DNA of 64,000 bases from Octopus vulgaris (taxonomy: Eukaryota), in contig OX597827.1 of assembly GCA_951406725.2 (NCBI GenBank), positions 52,142,001-52,206,000 of the forward strand, read 5' to 3'. Both the position numbers and the translations under genes were made by a program. Of the stretch, positions 63,641-64,000 are shown piece after piece; the stretch's first letter is position 1; every line of letters begins with the position of its first letter. A model generated the notes under the pieces. The model was given only the letters and a program-made list of their open reading frames with translations, did no database searches and was not told the origin of the DNA.

Positions 63641-64000
63641 TCCTCCTCCTCTCCATTCTATCATCTTCCTCACACACAAATCATCCCATCTTTAAGGTAA
63701 TTCAGTTAATAAATCAAGTTTACATATTTCTTTTGCATTCTCTTTTTTATAATTGACATTTTACTTGTAACTATACCTTTTCCGTTTTAAAACCCATAAA
63801 AAAATAAATTTTGAGTGGTTTGGTGGGACTGGAACAGATTGATTATATTTTAGTTAATTTCAATGATGAAAATTGATTTGTAGGATGAGTAAATTGTAAA
63901 ATGAGCTCAGTCATGGAATGAATTAAATTCCTACTGTGAGGTATCAGTGTATGATGAAATTCCACTCCCCAAAGTCCAGATCATGAAATTCCATGTGTTA

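Larger units (their letters stand above)
61275..63949 (+). mobile_element. Tigger/pogo-family DNA transposon, near full length and inactivated
   Basis: Degenerate TIRs (TA|TAGTAGAACCTTGCAGTA ... TACTGTGAGGTATCAGTG|TA) enclose a broken transposase. Confidence 0.8.

Noticed and set aside
54155-64000. Upstream MARCHF5 exons (RING-CH and first TM segment)
   Set aside because: I searched by eye for YWTAVTYGA-like and RING-CH coding sequence and found none; these exons are presumably beyond the window.

Overview
AT-rich, intron- and repeat-dense eukaryotic DNA. The tRNA-derived SINE families, RTE remnants and very dense (TA)/(TG) microsatellites suggest an octopus (coleoid cephalopod) genome; this is an inference. 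Two convergent spliced genes are supported. (1) A + strand gene with 5 visible phase-compatible exons (<1-2184, 15924-16086, 17850-18006, 18551-18677, 20223-20261). It encodes a long Ser/Thr-rich, Trp-studded low-complexity region followed by tandem CCCH zinc fingers; I do not recognise it as a named gene. (2) The last three coding exons of MARCHF5 on the - strand (54154-53968, 53031-52868, 50796-50614). The rest is mobile-element debris: SINEs, RTE and CR1/L2 LINEs, Penelope-like elements, mariner, maT, Tigger, hAT and piggyBac MITEs, Helitron/Helentron elements, a Gypsy integrase fragment and a 5S-like relic. The most notable items are the Trp-rich CCCH protein, a minimal hammerhead ribozyme motif with an intact core (17577-17625, -), a 139-bp-arm hairpin insertion with a 16-bp target duplication next to the last exon, and a Gypsy fragment inside a Helentron-like element. 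Most ORFs in the supplied track are spurious. Repeat boundaries were judged by eye and are approximate.
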